A DNA stretch of 64,000 nucleotides from Pseudomonadales bacterium (GTDB lineage Bacteria; Pseudomonadota; Gammaproteobacteria; Pseudomonadales; Azotimanducaceae), in NCBI GenBank assembly GCA_965200175.1, contig OZ241345.1, positions 2,575,684 to 2,639,683 on the forward strand. The letters run 5' to 3'. The translations under genes were made by a program, and so were the position numbers. This document shows positions 8,894 through 18,309 of this stretch, piece by piece. The stretch's first letter is position 1; every line of letters begins with the position of its first letter. The notes under the pieces were generated by a model. It was not told the DNA's origin, did no database searches, and saw only the letters and a program-made list of their open reading frames with translations.

Positions 8894-9526
8894 ATGAAGC
8901 CTCCGCCGCATCAGCACTCCGTGTGCGAAAGCCAAACCGCAGCCCAAGACCGCGCCCGGGTTGCGGCAATTCGCTGGGGCGGGGCTTCGCTGCTTGAATT
9001 GCTGGTGACCTTGGCCGTTGCCGGGGTGCTTATGGGCACTGCCCTGCCCGCCTTCGTCGAGCTTGGTGCCGACCAACGCGCCGCGGCGCGCATCAATGCC
9101 ATGCTCGGTGCGGTGCGCGCCACCCGACATCTGGCCATCACCCACAACGCCCCGGCTACCCTGTGCCCTGGCCAAGGTCCAAGATGCTTGGGCGCAAACC
9201 GTTGGCATGAGGGGGCCGTCGTGTTTCTGGACCACGATCGGGACCGACAGGTTGATGAGGGCGAGTTGGTGGGCCTGCGGCTGCCCCCCTTGGCGGAAGG
9301 CGAACGCATCCGTTGGCGTTCGTTCCGCAACCGCAGCTACCTGCTCATTCACGGATCCGGCTTGACGGACTGGCAGAACGGCAACTTCCAATACTGCCCT
9401 GCCGATGGCGATGCCCGATTCGCCCGTCAGATCATTCTGAACGCCCAAGGCCGGGCGCGCCGGGCCATCGACGCGGACGGTGACGGCATTCGGGAGGACG
9501 CAGCCGGAGAGCCGCTCGAATGCTAG
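8894..9526 (+). CDS. fimT: Type IV pilus minor pilin FimT/GspH family
   Basis: Prepilin-type N-terminus G/ASLLELLVTLAVAGVLMG followed by a GspH-like body. Start uncertain. Confidence 0.7.
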   Translation: MKPPPHQHSVCESQTAAQDRARVAAIRWGGASLLELLVTLAVAGVLMGTALPAFVELGADQRAAARINAMLGAVRATRHLAITHNAPATLCPGQGPRCLGANRWHEGAVVFLDHDRDRQVDEGELVGLRLPPLAEGERIRWRSFRNRSYLLIHGSGLTDWQNGNFQYCPADGDARFARQIILNAQGRARRAIDADGDGIREDAAGEPLEC

Positions 9527-11607
9527 TCCGACAACTCGCGCCAAGACAGCCGCCCGGCCAGCTGATGTGCGGACGGGCCGATGGCTTGGGTGCGGCGGTG
9601 GGAGCCGCCGGCCACAATCAACTGGCCTCCGTCGAAGCTCGGCAGCAAGCGGGGCGCCGTCAACGGACCGTTGAAGTCGCGCTCATCGAAGACCGTGCCG
9701 GGGGCGCGGTCCGCGGCAGCCACGGAAAGCAGGTCGCCCGCATTCACAAGTCCGTCGCCGTTCAGGTCGAGAACCGCGCGCCGGGGACTGCCGCCAGTGA
9801 CCCAGTTGATCGGCATGACGGCACCGACTGCGCCACCCGATCCCTTGGGGATCAGCGTGGTCACCAGCAGAAGGTCGCCCCAAGCCGTCAGGCGCGGGTG
9901 GAAGCGTTCGCCGGGATGCTGGGCGGCACCGGTTTCGCTGCCGGCGCGGGGGGCATCGAGATCGACGCGCCAGCCGCGCACAGCCGACCGGGAAGCGCCG
10001 GCGGGCCGGTAGTTCACCGGGCGATCGACAACGACCCGGTGCAGGTGCGCCGATCCGCTGACCGTAGCGTGGATGTTGCGCAGTCTCTGCGCAACCAGCG
10101 ATTCAGGGTTCGCCACGCCATCCGCCAATCCAACCGCATCCCAGATGCCGTACAGGGACTGAACGGCCACATCGCCCGGTTCGCCCGGACGCCAGGGAAA
10201 CCCGGTGGCGAACACAACCATGAAGCCGGGTTGGCTGGGATGCTTGAAAACCATGGGGCGAGCGGCGATGGGTTGCGGAACGCCCCGCCCGCTGCCATGC
10301 CGCGCCTGGAACAGGCGCGTTGCGCTCCAATTCGCCGGCTCCGAGCTCGACAAGTCGAACCGATGCAGGTTGCCGTCAACGTCCCCCGCATAGGCTCGGT
10401 CCACCGTGCCGTTCAGATCCAAGTCCACCAAAGCCGGTTCGCCCAGCCCGGAAGCGGCGCCAGCCGGCAGCTTGACGAAGTCGTCCGCCGCCCAGCCGTC
10501 AAGCCCGGCATCCACGAACAGCACGAACAGGACGGCGCGCCCGGCGGTGCTGCCCTCGCCGTTGCCGAGCACGGCCACCCACTTCCGCGCCCCGCCCGCA
10601 TCGCGCGCGTTGCTCATGGCCAGACGCGCCTGGCTGGTGGCAAAGCCCAGATCCTTGACCGGCGCTCCGTCTTCGTCCAAGTCGGCGACCGGCCGGCCGG
10701 CCGCATCGAGCGGCGGGACGTCGTCGGCATCGGTGAACTCCCAAAGCGGCATGCCCGCCGCCGCTTCGGCGCTGCCGGCGCTGGTTTCAGGATCCGTGAC
10801 GTCGAGCGCGAAGTAGCCCTTGCCGCGTTCGCCGAGACCGCCGATCAGCAGCGTCCGCCAAGCCTTGCGCCCAGTTGAGGACGCCAACCTCACAAAGGCG
10901 TCCTCCACCGTGGGCGAGGGGATTCGAAGGGAAGCCTGGCGTTGCGACCCCGAGGCCCGGCCATCAAGCCCCATGACCCGCCGCTGATCGCCGTCGATCA
11001 ACTGATTCGGCACATAGGCAAACGCCTCATGGCCATCATCCGCGTCAAAGGCGTGCAGCAATCCATTGTTCGAGCTGACGTAAACCATTGCCGGGCGGCG
11101 CGCCCAATCCGCCGCAAACTCGGAATAGGCTTCGCCGCGGGCGACGGGATAGGGCGCTTGTTCACGCCGCACGGCTTGGGGCGCTCCCACAACCACCGGC
11201 TCCGAGCCGACAATCGACCCCAGCCGCCGGACGTTGCCCTGGCCGCGCAGCCAGTTCGCCTCATCTTCACTCAACAGGGCTCTTTGGCTGGCGTTGAGGC
11301 GGCTGTGCTCGAATGGCAGGCCAGCCCCGGCGACTCGATCCAAGGTGATGATGACGCGCTGTTCCGGCGAAGCGCGCTCAAGCCGCTGCGCCGCCCGCCA
11401 CAGCACACGCAATCCAACCCCGTCGAAGCGGACGGCATGAAGGTCGCCGCCCGCCCCATTGAGATCGTGGAAAGCCCGATACTCAACGCTGCCTTCGCCG
11501 GCCCCGCCGAAGGCGACGGCGGCCAGCGCCTGGGCAGCGTCCGCCTCGGCCGGAATGGCAGCAGAGGCGAGACCGATCCCGACAACAAGGCCAAGCCAAG
11601 CGTTCAC
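9523..11607 (-). CDS. pilY1: Type IV pilus tip adhesin/assembly protein PilY1
   Basis: 694 aa with a signal peptide. PilY1/PilC-type propeller region. Lies downstream of pilX. Confidence 0.8.
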   Translation of the reverse strand: MNAWLGLVVGIGLASAAIPAEADAAQALAAVAFGGAGEGSVEYRAFHDLNGAGGDLHAVRFDGVGLRVLWRAAQRLERASPEQRVIITLDRVAGAGLPFEHSRLNASQRALLSEDEANWLRGQGNVRRLGSIVGSEPVVVGAPQAVRREQAPYPVARGEAYSEFAADWARRPAMVYVSSNNGLLHAFDADDGHEAFAYVPNQLIDGDQRRVMGLDGRASGSQRQASLRIPSPTVEDAFVRLASSTGRKAWRTLLIGGLGERGKGYFALDVTDPETSAGSAEAAAGMPLWEFTDADDVPPLDAAGRPVADLDEDGAPVKDLGFATSQARLAMSNARDAGGARKWVAVLGNGEGSTAGRAVLFVLFVDAGLDGWAADDFVKLPAGAASGLGEPALVDLDLNGTVDRAYAGDVDGNLHRFDLSSSEPANWSATRLFQARHGSGRGVPQPIAARPMVFKHPSQPGFMVVFATGFPWRPGEPGDVAVQSLYGIWDAVGLADGVANPESLVAQRLRNIHATVSGSAHLHRVVVDRPVNYRPAGASRSAVRGWRVDLDAPRAGSETGAAQHPGERFHPRLTAWGDLLLVTTLIPKGSGGAVGAVMPINWVTGGSPRRAVLDLNGDGLVNAGDLLSVAAADRAPGTVFDERDFNGPLTAPRLLPSFDGGQLIVAGGSHRRTQAIGPSAHQLAGRLSWRELSD

Positions 11608-12230
11608 GGACCGTTCCCCGGCGGCAAACGCACCGCGAAAGTGCTTTGCAGTTGCGCCCGGGCATGGCGCGTGGCGCCAAAGCCGCGGGCGGTGATTCGA
11701 AAAATGGCCGTTCGCGGCACGTCGGCCAAGGTGGACTGCTCAAGCAGGTGCGGATGGTCCGGCCCGGCCAAGGTGGTGAGCCATTCGATCAAGTAGCGCG
11801 GCGCGGCAATCGCGCCAGTGACCGGCGCAGCCTGGCGGCTGCCGCTGCTGCCGGCCACCCAGACAACCTCGGCCTGCCACACTGGATCTTCGCCGAAGCC
11901 CGCCGGGCGCCAGAGGCCATCGACGCCCGTCCGGGTGTAGCGGGCCGCATCGGGCCTTGAGGCCCGCAAAAAACGCTCGCCCTCCCGCAGCGCCCGCTCC
12001 GCCGCTTGCAAGGCTATTAGGTTGTCGTGGGCGTTGCGGGCCACGCGCGCCTGCAACTGAGTGGCCTGCATCGCCGCCACGCCGACGATGGCCAGCAGCA
12101 TCAGCAGGACCAAGCTGATGAACAGGGCGATGCCATGCTGCCCAGGAGCCCCGGCCTTCGGAGGTCGCGAAAGCGAAAATTCGGTGCCGCCGACCCTTTG
12201 GACGGGCGATTGAGGGGAATATCGGGCCAT
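11604..12230 (-). CDS. pilX: Type IV pilus minor pilin PilX
   Basis: N-terminus QHGIALFISLVLLMLLAIVGVAAMQATQLQARVARN is typical of the PilX N-terminal domain. Confidence 0.75.
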   Translation of the reverse strand: MARYSPQSPVQRVGGTEFSLSRPPKAGAPGQHGIALFISLVLLMLLAIVGVAAMQATQLQARVARNAHDNLIALQAAERALREGERFLRASRPDAARYTRTGVDGLWRPAGFGEDPVWQAEVVWVAGSSGSRQAAPVTGAIAAPRYLIEWLTTLAGPDHPHLLEQSTLADVPRTAIFRITARGFGATRHARAQLQSTFAVRLPPGNGP

Positions 12231-12320
12231 ATTTGACGAAATCGAACGCGCTAAAGGGTACGGCGGATGCGCCTTTGCAGCCGTGAACTTCGGAGGCGGA
12301 GGCTCCTGCCGCCCGGTCCG

Positions 12321-13526
12321 CTACCATGCATTTCTCAAACTCAAGACCTGCGCAAAGCGTTGGGTGGCATCCCCGCTGGCAGCAGTCACCGCCAGGGAAA
12401 CCGACCGCACCTCCTGATCGTCAGCCAAGGCGCTGAACGGCAGGTAGCGGTTGGGACCATCAAAGCCGTCGTGGCGGTCTTCATCGACCCCCGCCCACAC
12501 CTGCAGGTCAATGACGCCCGCCACCAACTCCTCGGGCCGCGAAACGCCCGAGCGCCGCCAAAGGCCCGCCTCCCGGCGACCTGCGCCATAGCCAACGAAG
12601 TAGATCTCAGTCACGACTTGGGCGACCTGCGCACCCTCAGCATGGGCAGCGCCGCCGTATCGCCGGCCGGACTCCGAAAGGGAGCGGCTACCGTCATTGT
12701 CATACGGCCCGCTGCCCGAGGCGCGCCTGATAACGGATTGGCCGGGGCCCGCGCCGGCGACGCCGGTGATGCGGAACATCGCCGCCTGCTCACAATCGCT
12801 GACCAGTGCCACGTCGCCCGCTCGAAAGCGGCCATGCGCCGAATCCCGGACAACCGGGTCGCCGTCCGGCGCCAATCCGGCCGCCAAGGCGACGGCCGGC
12901 TGCCGCAGGCGGCGAAAGACAATGATGTCCGCTCCCGGCGCCAAGCGCCCAAGGTGGATGCCCGTGCCCGGGGCCAAGGCGTTGACCGTGCCGCCACTGG
13001 CCCGCCGAGGCAAGGGCGCCAGGCTGGGCATCCAGTCATCAAGGGCCGTGGAGGTGCCATCGCCCTGATAGTCAAACCCCTGAACCGGACGGGAAAGGTT
13101 GAATTCAAACAGATCGTCCCAGCCGCCGTTCAGAGTGCTCACCAAGCGGACGGCACGGCCATTGCAGCCGAGATGGCCTGCCGCAGCCGCAGACCGCCGC
13201 AGGAAGGCCATGGCATAACGCCCGCTGTCCTGCGCATCAGCCTGCGCCATGAGGCTCGACGCCAAGGCCCGCCCTCCCGCGTACTGTTGCGCCAGACCCC
13301 AAACCACCACCAAGCCCAAGGCCAAGCCCAAAAGCAATTCGACCAACGACAGGCCTTGGCTCAGCGGGTGAGAGCCTTCAGCTAGGGAGCGCGAGGGGGA
13401 ACCCCTCGCATGAGAGGAGCCTTCGGCCGGGGAGCGCGAGGGGCTTACCCCTCGCATGAAAACAGGCTCAGCCGGGGAGCTTGAGGGGCTTGCCCCTCGC
13501 ATGAAAAACGGCCAACGGGCGGACAT
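12321..13526 (-). CDS. pilW: Type IV pilus minor pilin PilW; the 5' end is built from palindromic repeats and the true start is uncertain
   Basis: Prepilin motif SQG/LSLVELLLGLALGLVVV with a PilW-like body. No ATG, GTG or TTG codon lies in frame close upstream of the motif. The in-frame ATGs at 13457 and 13502 lie inside family B repeats. Confidence 0.75.
   Translation of the reverse strand: MSARWPFFMRGASPSSSPAEPVFMRGVSPSRSPAEGSSHARGSPSRSLAEGSHPLSQGLSLVELLLGLALGLVVVWGLAQQYAGGRALASSLMAQADAQDSGRYAMAFLRRSAAAAGHLGCNGRAVRLVSTLNGGWDDLFEFNLSRPVQGFDYQGDGTSTALDDWMPSLAPLPRRASGGTVNALAPGTGIHLGRLAPGADIIVFRRLRQPAVALAAGLAPDGDPVVRDSAHGRFRAGDVALVSDCEQAAMFRITGVAGAGPGQSVIRRASGSGPYDNDGSRSLSESGRRYGGAAHAEGAQVAQVVTEIYFVGYGAGRREAGLWRRSGVSRPEELVAGVIDLQVWAGVDEDRHDGFDGPNRYLPFSALADDQEVRSVSLAVTAASGDATQRFAQVLSLRNAW
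13384..13504. repeat. Family B palindromic repeat, 3 tandem copies (period about 45 bp)
   Basis: GGGGAGCGCGAGGGG-N4-CCCCTCGCATGA at 13384-13413, 13427-13459 and 13472-13504. Confidence 0.85.
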
Positions 13527-13532
13527 CGCGCG

Positions 13533-14021
13533 TCAGACCCCGCCGTCAACCGTCAATGTTCGGTCCTCGCCTTGGTCCTGCCATCGAATGGTGACGCGCA
13601 CCGAAGCGGCTGAGGCATCAGCGGCAACGGCTCCCGTGGCGCGGAGCGGCCCGCGGCAGCCCGGATCCGTCGTGGATGCGCCCAAGGCGCAACGCCACTG
13701 CGCCAGATCAAACGCCGCCATTTCCACCGCAGCGCATCGGTTGGCGCGGCAATCCGATGCCCCGCCGGCATCCCCGCTCAGCGCATAGCCTCCCGCTTGC
13801 AGGCCAGCGGGGTTGGCGCGCATGCGCTCAATGATGTCCTCCGCCAACCTAACCGCCTCGGCATGGGCCGCCGCTGACCGTCGATGCTGGGCGTTCAGGG
13901 CGGTCAGGCCGGCAGCGCCCAACACCCCAACGCTGGCGACCAGCAGGGCCACCAACAGCTCAAGCATCGAAAAGCCCCTCTGGCGGGACTCAGGACGCTT
14001 CGCCTCAATGGTCCCAGCCAT
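13533..14021 (-). CDS. pilV: Type IV pilus minor pilin PilV
   Basis: ATG at 14021. N-terminus QRGFSMLELLVALLVASVGVLGAAG and a PilV-like body. Confidence 0.8.
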   Translation of the reverse strand: MAGTIEAKRPESRQRGFSMLELLVALLVASVGVLGAAGLTALNAQHRRSAAAHAEAVRLAEDIIERMRANPAGLQAGGYALSGDAGGASDCRANRCAAVEMAAFDLAQWRCALGASTTDPGCRGPLRATGAVAADASAASVRVTIRWQDQGEDRTLTVDGGV

Positions 14022-14466
14022 CCTCTTCCGCAACCAGATCACCGTCGTCGTTGCGGTCCCACCCCCGGTTGCCCGCTTCGTCCAAGGTGATGAAGCCATC
14101 ACCAACCATCCGGCCGCCCGCTTCGGGATAAGCGGCCAGCGCAAAGCCCTCCGCCTTGGCGGCGACGTGGATCCGATAGCGGCCTTCAGCAACCGAGCGG
14201 GGCGCGCAGACCTCCGCGGCGATGGGGCCGTTGTCCCCGTCCCCCACCCCGTCGGCATCGGTGTCGGCGGTGCCTTGGTAGGTGAAGCGAACGCCCGCCC
14301 AATGCTCCAGGGCGAGCGCGCAGGCCACCAAATCCCCTTGGGCTTCGTTGCGGTAGGCTCGGTGCGAGTAGGCGTTCAGCGCCGGCAGGCCCAATCCCAC
14401 CAGCACGGCCAGAATCACCACGGCCACCAAAACCTCGATGAGCGTCAGACCGTTGCATCGCAACAT
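14005..14466 (-). CDS. Type IV pilin-like protein (PilE/FimU-type minor pilin)
   Basis: MLRCNG/LTLIEVLVAVVILAVLVGLGLPALNAYSHRAYRNEAQ is a prepilin cleavage/methylation motif. Confidence 0.8.
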   Translation of the reverse strand: MLRCNGLTLIEVLVAVVILAVLVGLGLPALNAYSHRAYRNEAQGDLVACALALEHWAGVRFTYQGTADTDADGVGDGDNGPIAAEVCAPRSVAEGRYRIHVAAKAEGFALAAYPEAGGRMVGDGFITLDEAGNRGWDRNDDGDLVAEEDGWDH

Positions 14467-14583
14467 CAGGCGCCTCTCCTGAACCGAGGCACCCTACCCT
14501 AGGCGAAGATTCAGCCCAGCTCAGCCCGTTTCCGACGAACGGCGCCAATGGGGCGACGAACGGGCGCATCGCCTTGCGGCGAT

Positions 14584-14822
14584 GCGTTCGAGTTGCTTCG
14601 CAACTCGGCGCTGGAGACACGGAGACCGTTCGTCGGCAGGTCTGGCGACGGTGCGTTTGGGGTGCTCCGCAACTGCGCGAGCAAGCTCGCGTTCGAGTTG
14701 CTTCGCAACTCGGCGCTGGAGACACGGAGACCGTTCGTCGGCAGGTCTGGCGACGGTGCGTTTTGGGGTGCTCCGCAACTGCGCGAGCAAGCTCGCGTTC
14801 GAGTTGCTTCGCAACTCGGCGC
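14584..14822. repeat. Tandem repeat, 105-106 bp unit, about 2.3 copies, hairpin-rich
   Basis: The unit starts GCGTTCGAGTTGCTTCGCAACTCGGCGC at 14584, 14689 and 14795. It contains GAGTTGC-TTC-GCAACTC and GCGAGC-AA-GCTCGC inverted repeats. Confidence 0.9.
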
Positions 14823-14908
14823 AGGTGGCCGTGCCGGCGGCGATGGCCAGGATCTCCGCTTTTACGCAGCCCGCGCCTGGTCAGGCGCCGCGCTGTCCAG
14901 TCGCTCGA

Positions 14909-15427
14909 TCACTTCGCCGAGGGCGAGGAAGCGCGGGCGTCGCGGATCATGCACGCAATCCAGAGCGCGGCGCCGCAGGTCAGCGCGGCATCGGCTAGGT
15001 TGAAGGCGGGGAAGTACCACGAGCCGTAGTGGAACAGGACGAAGTCCACAACGTAGCCGCTGGTCAGGCGGTCGATCATGTTGCCCAGCGCGCCGCCCAG
15101 GATCAGGCCGTAGGCCAGGCCTTGGAGCCAGTCGCCCGCCCTCAACCGGCGCAGTTCATAGACGATGAACACGGAGAAGCCGACCGCCAGAGCGACAAAG
15201 AACCAACGCTGCCAACCGCCAAGCCCGGACATGATCGAAAACGCGGCGCCGTCGTTGTGCCAAAGCACCCAACTGAAGAAGGGCAGCACGGAAACCCGCT
15301 CGCCCAGGGCGAGTTCGGCGCTCGCCAGCCACTTGGCGGCTTGGTCCAGCACCATCACCAAACCGGCGAGGGCCATCCACTTGAGGCCCTTCAGGCCTTG
15401 CCCATGCAAAGCGGACGCGCCAGGCAT
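14909..15427 (-). CDS. lspA: Lipoprotein signal peptidase II
   Basis: 172-aa membrane protein with the LspA pattern (VLWHNDGAAFS, GGALGNMIDR, VVDF...FPAFNLAD). Confidence 0.9.
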   Translation of the reverse strand: MPGASALHGQGLKGLKWMALAGLVMVLDQAAKWLASAELALGERVSVLPFFSWVLWHNDGAAFSIMSGLGGWQRWFFVALAVGFSVFIVYELRRLRAGDWLQGLAYGLILGGALGNMIDRLTSGYVVDFVLFHYGSWYFPAFNLADAALTCGAALWIACMIRDARASSPSAK

Positions 15428-16368
15428 CAGCGGCTGGCCGAGCGATCGTACCGAAACCAGGCGCGGGCGGCTTCAATGTCGTAACCGATTTGCGCCTTGA
15501 GCGCCTCAATGGATTCAAAAGCCCGCTCGTCGCGAATCCTGTGCTTGAAGGTCACGGTCAGCAGCCGTCCATATATGTCCTCATCGAAGTCGAAGACATG
15601 GACCTCCAGCAACGGCTCCTTGCCGTCCACGGTGGGGCGAATGCCGATGTTGGCAATGCCCTGACGGGGGCGGTCGAGGCCCGCATCCACGGTGACGGCG
15701 AAGACTCCCTCCAAGGCGGCACGGTAGCGATGCAGGGGGATGTTGGCGGTCGGCACGCCCAATTGGCGTCCGAGCTGGCGTCCGTACACCACCCGGCCCA
15801 TGATGAAGTAGGCGTGGCCGAGCAGCTTTTCCGCCAAGCGAATATCGCCCTCCGCCAGCGCTTGGCGGACCCGGCTGCTGGAGACCCGGTCATGCCCCAA
15901 GGTGAGGGTGCCGAGGTGGCTGACCTCGTAGCCGAACCTGTCGCCCGCCTCCTTGAGCATGGCGTAATCGCCGGTTCGGCCCTTGCCGAAGCGGAAGTCG
16001 TCGCCCACCACGACATAGGCGGCGCCCAGCAAGCCATGCAGGAAATCCTCCACCACCCACTCGGCGGGCGTGCTGCTGGTGCGGGCATTGAACGGCAGGC
16101 ACAGCACCCGGTCGAGCCCGGTGCGCTCAAGCAGGGTGATCTTCTCCCGAAAACGGGTCAGGCGGGCGGGCACTGCCGCCCTGAAGAACTCCCTGGGCGT
16201 CGGCTCGAAGGTCACCAGGGTGCTGGCCACGCCCAGTTCCCGGGCCTTGGCGCAGACGTGGGAGAGCAGCATCCGGTGGGCTTGGTGAACGCCGTCGAAA
16301 CTGCCGATCGTGACGACGCCGCCTCGATGGCGAGGCTTGAGGTTGTGCAGCCCGATGACGACTTCCAT
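15427..16368 (-). CDS. ribF: Bifunctional riboflavin kinase / FAD synthetase
   Basis: ATG at 16368. [13 protein letters not shown] nucleotidyltransferase motif and a C-terminal riboflavin kinase domain (GVPTANI...). Confidence 0.9.
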   Translation of the reverse strand: MEVVIGLHNLKPRHRGGVVTIGSFDGVHQAHRMLLSHVCAKARELGVASTLVTFEPTPREFFRAAVPARLTRFREKITLLERTGLDRVLCLPFNARTSSTPAEWVVEDFLHGLLGAAYVVVGDDFRFGKGRTGDYAMLKEAGDRFGYEVSHLGTLTLGHDRVSSSRVRQALAEGDIRLAEKLLGHAYFIMGRVVYGRQLGRQLGVPTANIPLHRYRAALEGVFAVTVDAGLDRPRQGIANIGIRPTVDGKEPLLEVHVFDFDEDIYGRLLTVTFKHRIRDERAFESIEALKAQIGYDIEAARAWFRYDRSASR

Positions 16369-16390
16369 GGCGCAATGATAGCGGAATGAC

Positions 16391-16475
16391 GCGCGACCTG
16401 ACGGTCGCGGATGGCGTTTCGCTGCGCGAAACTCCGCGCTCGTCGCGCAGGTCAGGTTCCGAGATGCTTCTGAGC
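16391..16475. repeat. Family A palindromic element
   Basis: CGCGACC-TGAC-GGTCGCG, then G(G)CGTTTCGC-TGC-GCGAAACTCC, then GGTCAGGTTCCGAGATGCTTCTGAGC. Confidence 0.8.
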
Positions 16476-16589
16476 TGGCGCCGTCCCAGCCGGCGCCGTC
16501 CGGGCATGGGTATCCCGGTACGCCATCCGGTAAGATGGGGGCTTTCCGCAAGCCCGCCGGATCGGCGAATTCAGCAGACTAGGCCAGCC

Positions 16590-17705
16590 GTGCATTCGCT
16601 CGAAAGCAAACACATCATCGTCGGCATGTCCGGCGGCGTCGATTCGTCGGTGGCCGCGCTGCTGCTCAAGCGGCAGGGCCATCGCGTGTCCGGGCTGTTC
16701 ATGAAGAATTGGGACGAGGACGATGGCGAACCCTACTGCACCGCCCGGCAGGATCTGGAGGACGCATCCAGGGTGTGCGACCGGCTCGGCATCGACCTGC
16801 GCACGGCCAACTTCGCCGCCGAGTATTGGGACGATGTGTTCAGCGCCTTCCTGCGGGAGCACGAGGCCGGACGCACGCCCAACCCCGACGTGCTCTGCAA
16901 CCGGGAAATCAAGTTCAAGCAATTTGCCCGCTACGCCGAAGCGCTCGGCGCCGACCGGGTCGCCACCGGCCACTATGCCCGCCTCGCCAACCGGGACGGG
17001 CGCCTGCGGCTGCTTAAGGGCATCGACGCCGGCAAGGATCAAAGCTACTTTCTGCAAGCGCTCAACATCAATCAGCTGGCCGCTGCCGTCTTCCCCTTGG
17101 GTGGCTTGGAAAAGGCCGAGGTGCGTCGCATCGCCCATGAGCAGGGGTTCCACAATCACGGCAAGAAGGATTCCACCGGCATCTGCTTCATCGGCGAGCG
17201 GCGCTTCCGCGACTTCCTGCAGCGCTACCTGCCGCGCAATCCGGGGGCGATGGTGGATGAGGCGGGGGTGACGGTGGGCCAGCACATCGGCCTGCCCTAC
17301 TACACCCGTGGACAACGCCAAGGCTTGGCCGTGGGCGGCTTGGCCGGGCGCCGGGAAGCGCCTTGGTACGTGCTCGACAAGGACATGGCGGCCAACCGCC
17401 TGATCGTCACCCAGAATCCGGCGGCGCTTTGCAACGACGGACTGACCGCCGGCAGCCTCAATTGGCTCGGCGAGCCGCCGTCCCTGCCCCTGCGCTGCAC
17501 GGCCAAGGTGCGCTACCGCCAGCCCGACCAGGCCGCTTGGGTGAACGCCGAGCAGCCGGGAAAAGTGACGGTGCGCTTTGATGCGCCGCAACGAGCCATC
17601 ACGCCGGGCCAGTACGTCTGCTTCTACGACGGCGACATCTGCCTGGGCGGCGGCGTCATCGAGGCGTTCAGCAACCTCAAGGCCAAGGCCAGCGTCCATG
17701 ATTGA
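16590..17705 (+). CDS. mnmA: tRNA 2-thiouridine(34) synthase MnmA
   Basis: GTG at 16590. PP-loop [13 protein letters not shown] and an MnmA body. Confidence 0.9.
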   Translation: MHSLESKHIIVGMSGGVDSSVAALLLKRQGHRVSGLFMKNWDEDDGEPYCTARQDLEDASRVCDRLGIDLRTANFAAEYWDDVFSAFLREHEAGRTPNPDVLCNREIKFKQFARYAEALGADRVATGHYARLANRDGRLRLLKGIDAGKDQSYFLQALNINQLAAAVFPLGGLEKAEVRRIAHEQGFHNHGKKDSTGICFIGERRFRDFLQRYLPRNPGAMVDEAGVTVGQHIGLPYYTRGQRQGLAVGGLAGRREAPWYVLDKDMAANRLIVTQNPAALCNDGLTAGSLNWLGEPPSLPLRCTAKVRYRQPDQAAWVNAEQPGKVTVRFDAPQRAITPGQYVCFYDGDICLGGGVIEAFSNLKAKASVHD

Positions 17706-18309
17706 CTTCGACTACCGCTCATTGGCGTTGGCGGCGCTGTTCGAGGCGCTGGCCGAGGTGCGGGACGCCGCCGAGGGGCGCAGCGGCGCCGGGGAATCCC
17801 TCGCGAACGTCAACCACCTGCTGGCGCCGCTGTTCGCCATCGACGCGGCCACCGTGGCGGATGTCTTTGCGCCGCCCACCCGCTACCTGAAGGGCGTCAA
17901 GACGGCCGGCAGCGCCCTGGCCGGTGAGCGCAATGCCATGCGCCTGCTGAACACCGCCTTCGCCGTTATGGAACTCGCCACGCTGCTCAAGCGCACGGAC
18001 CGAATTGCCGGGGAGCTGGGCCAACGGCTGAGCGCCTTGGCCGATGCGCCCCGGGATGGCGCCCTGCTGACGGCCTTGGACGAAACCTACCAGGAGACCA
18101 TCGGCCAGCTGGGCAAGCGCATTCAGGTGAGCGGCGACCCCGCAGCCCTGAAGCGGCCCGAGGTCGCGGCGCGCATCCGAGCGCTGCTGCTGGCTGCGGT
18201 GCGCTTCGCCTGGCTGTGGCAGCAGCTGGGCGGGCGCCGCTGGCAGCTGATCGTGGGACGCCGCAAGGCCTTGGCGGCCTTGGATGCGCTCGGAGGGCGT
18301 CTTCAGTGA
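17698..18309 (+). CDS. hflD: High-frequency-of-lysogenization protein HflD homolog
   Basis: About 203 aa and helical. Lies between mnmA and purB, the conserved gammaproteobacterial position. Confidence 0.7.
   Translation: MIDFDYRSLALAALFEALAEVRDAAEGRSGAGESLANVNHLLAPLFAIDAATVADVFAPPTRYLKGVKTAGSALAGERNAMRLLNTAFAVMELATLLKRTDRIAGELGQRLSALADAPRDGALLTALDETYQETIGQLGKRIQVSGDPAALKRPEVAARIRALLLAAVRFAWLWQQLGGRRWQLIVGRRKALAALDALGGRLQ

Noticed and set aside
14584-14822. Possible small CRISPR array, because of regularly spaced similar 22-nt boxes
   Set aside because: The whole 105-bp unit, including the would-be spacers, is repeated almost identically. No cas genes are nearby. It is a plain tandem repeat.
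14511-15029. Several 65-151-aa ORFs on both strands across the tandem repeat (for example ...SNSNASLLAQLRSTP...)
   Set aside because: They are reading-frame artefacts of the repeat units. The same peptides arise wherever the repeats occur.
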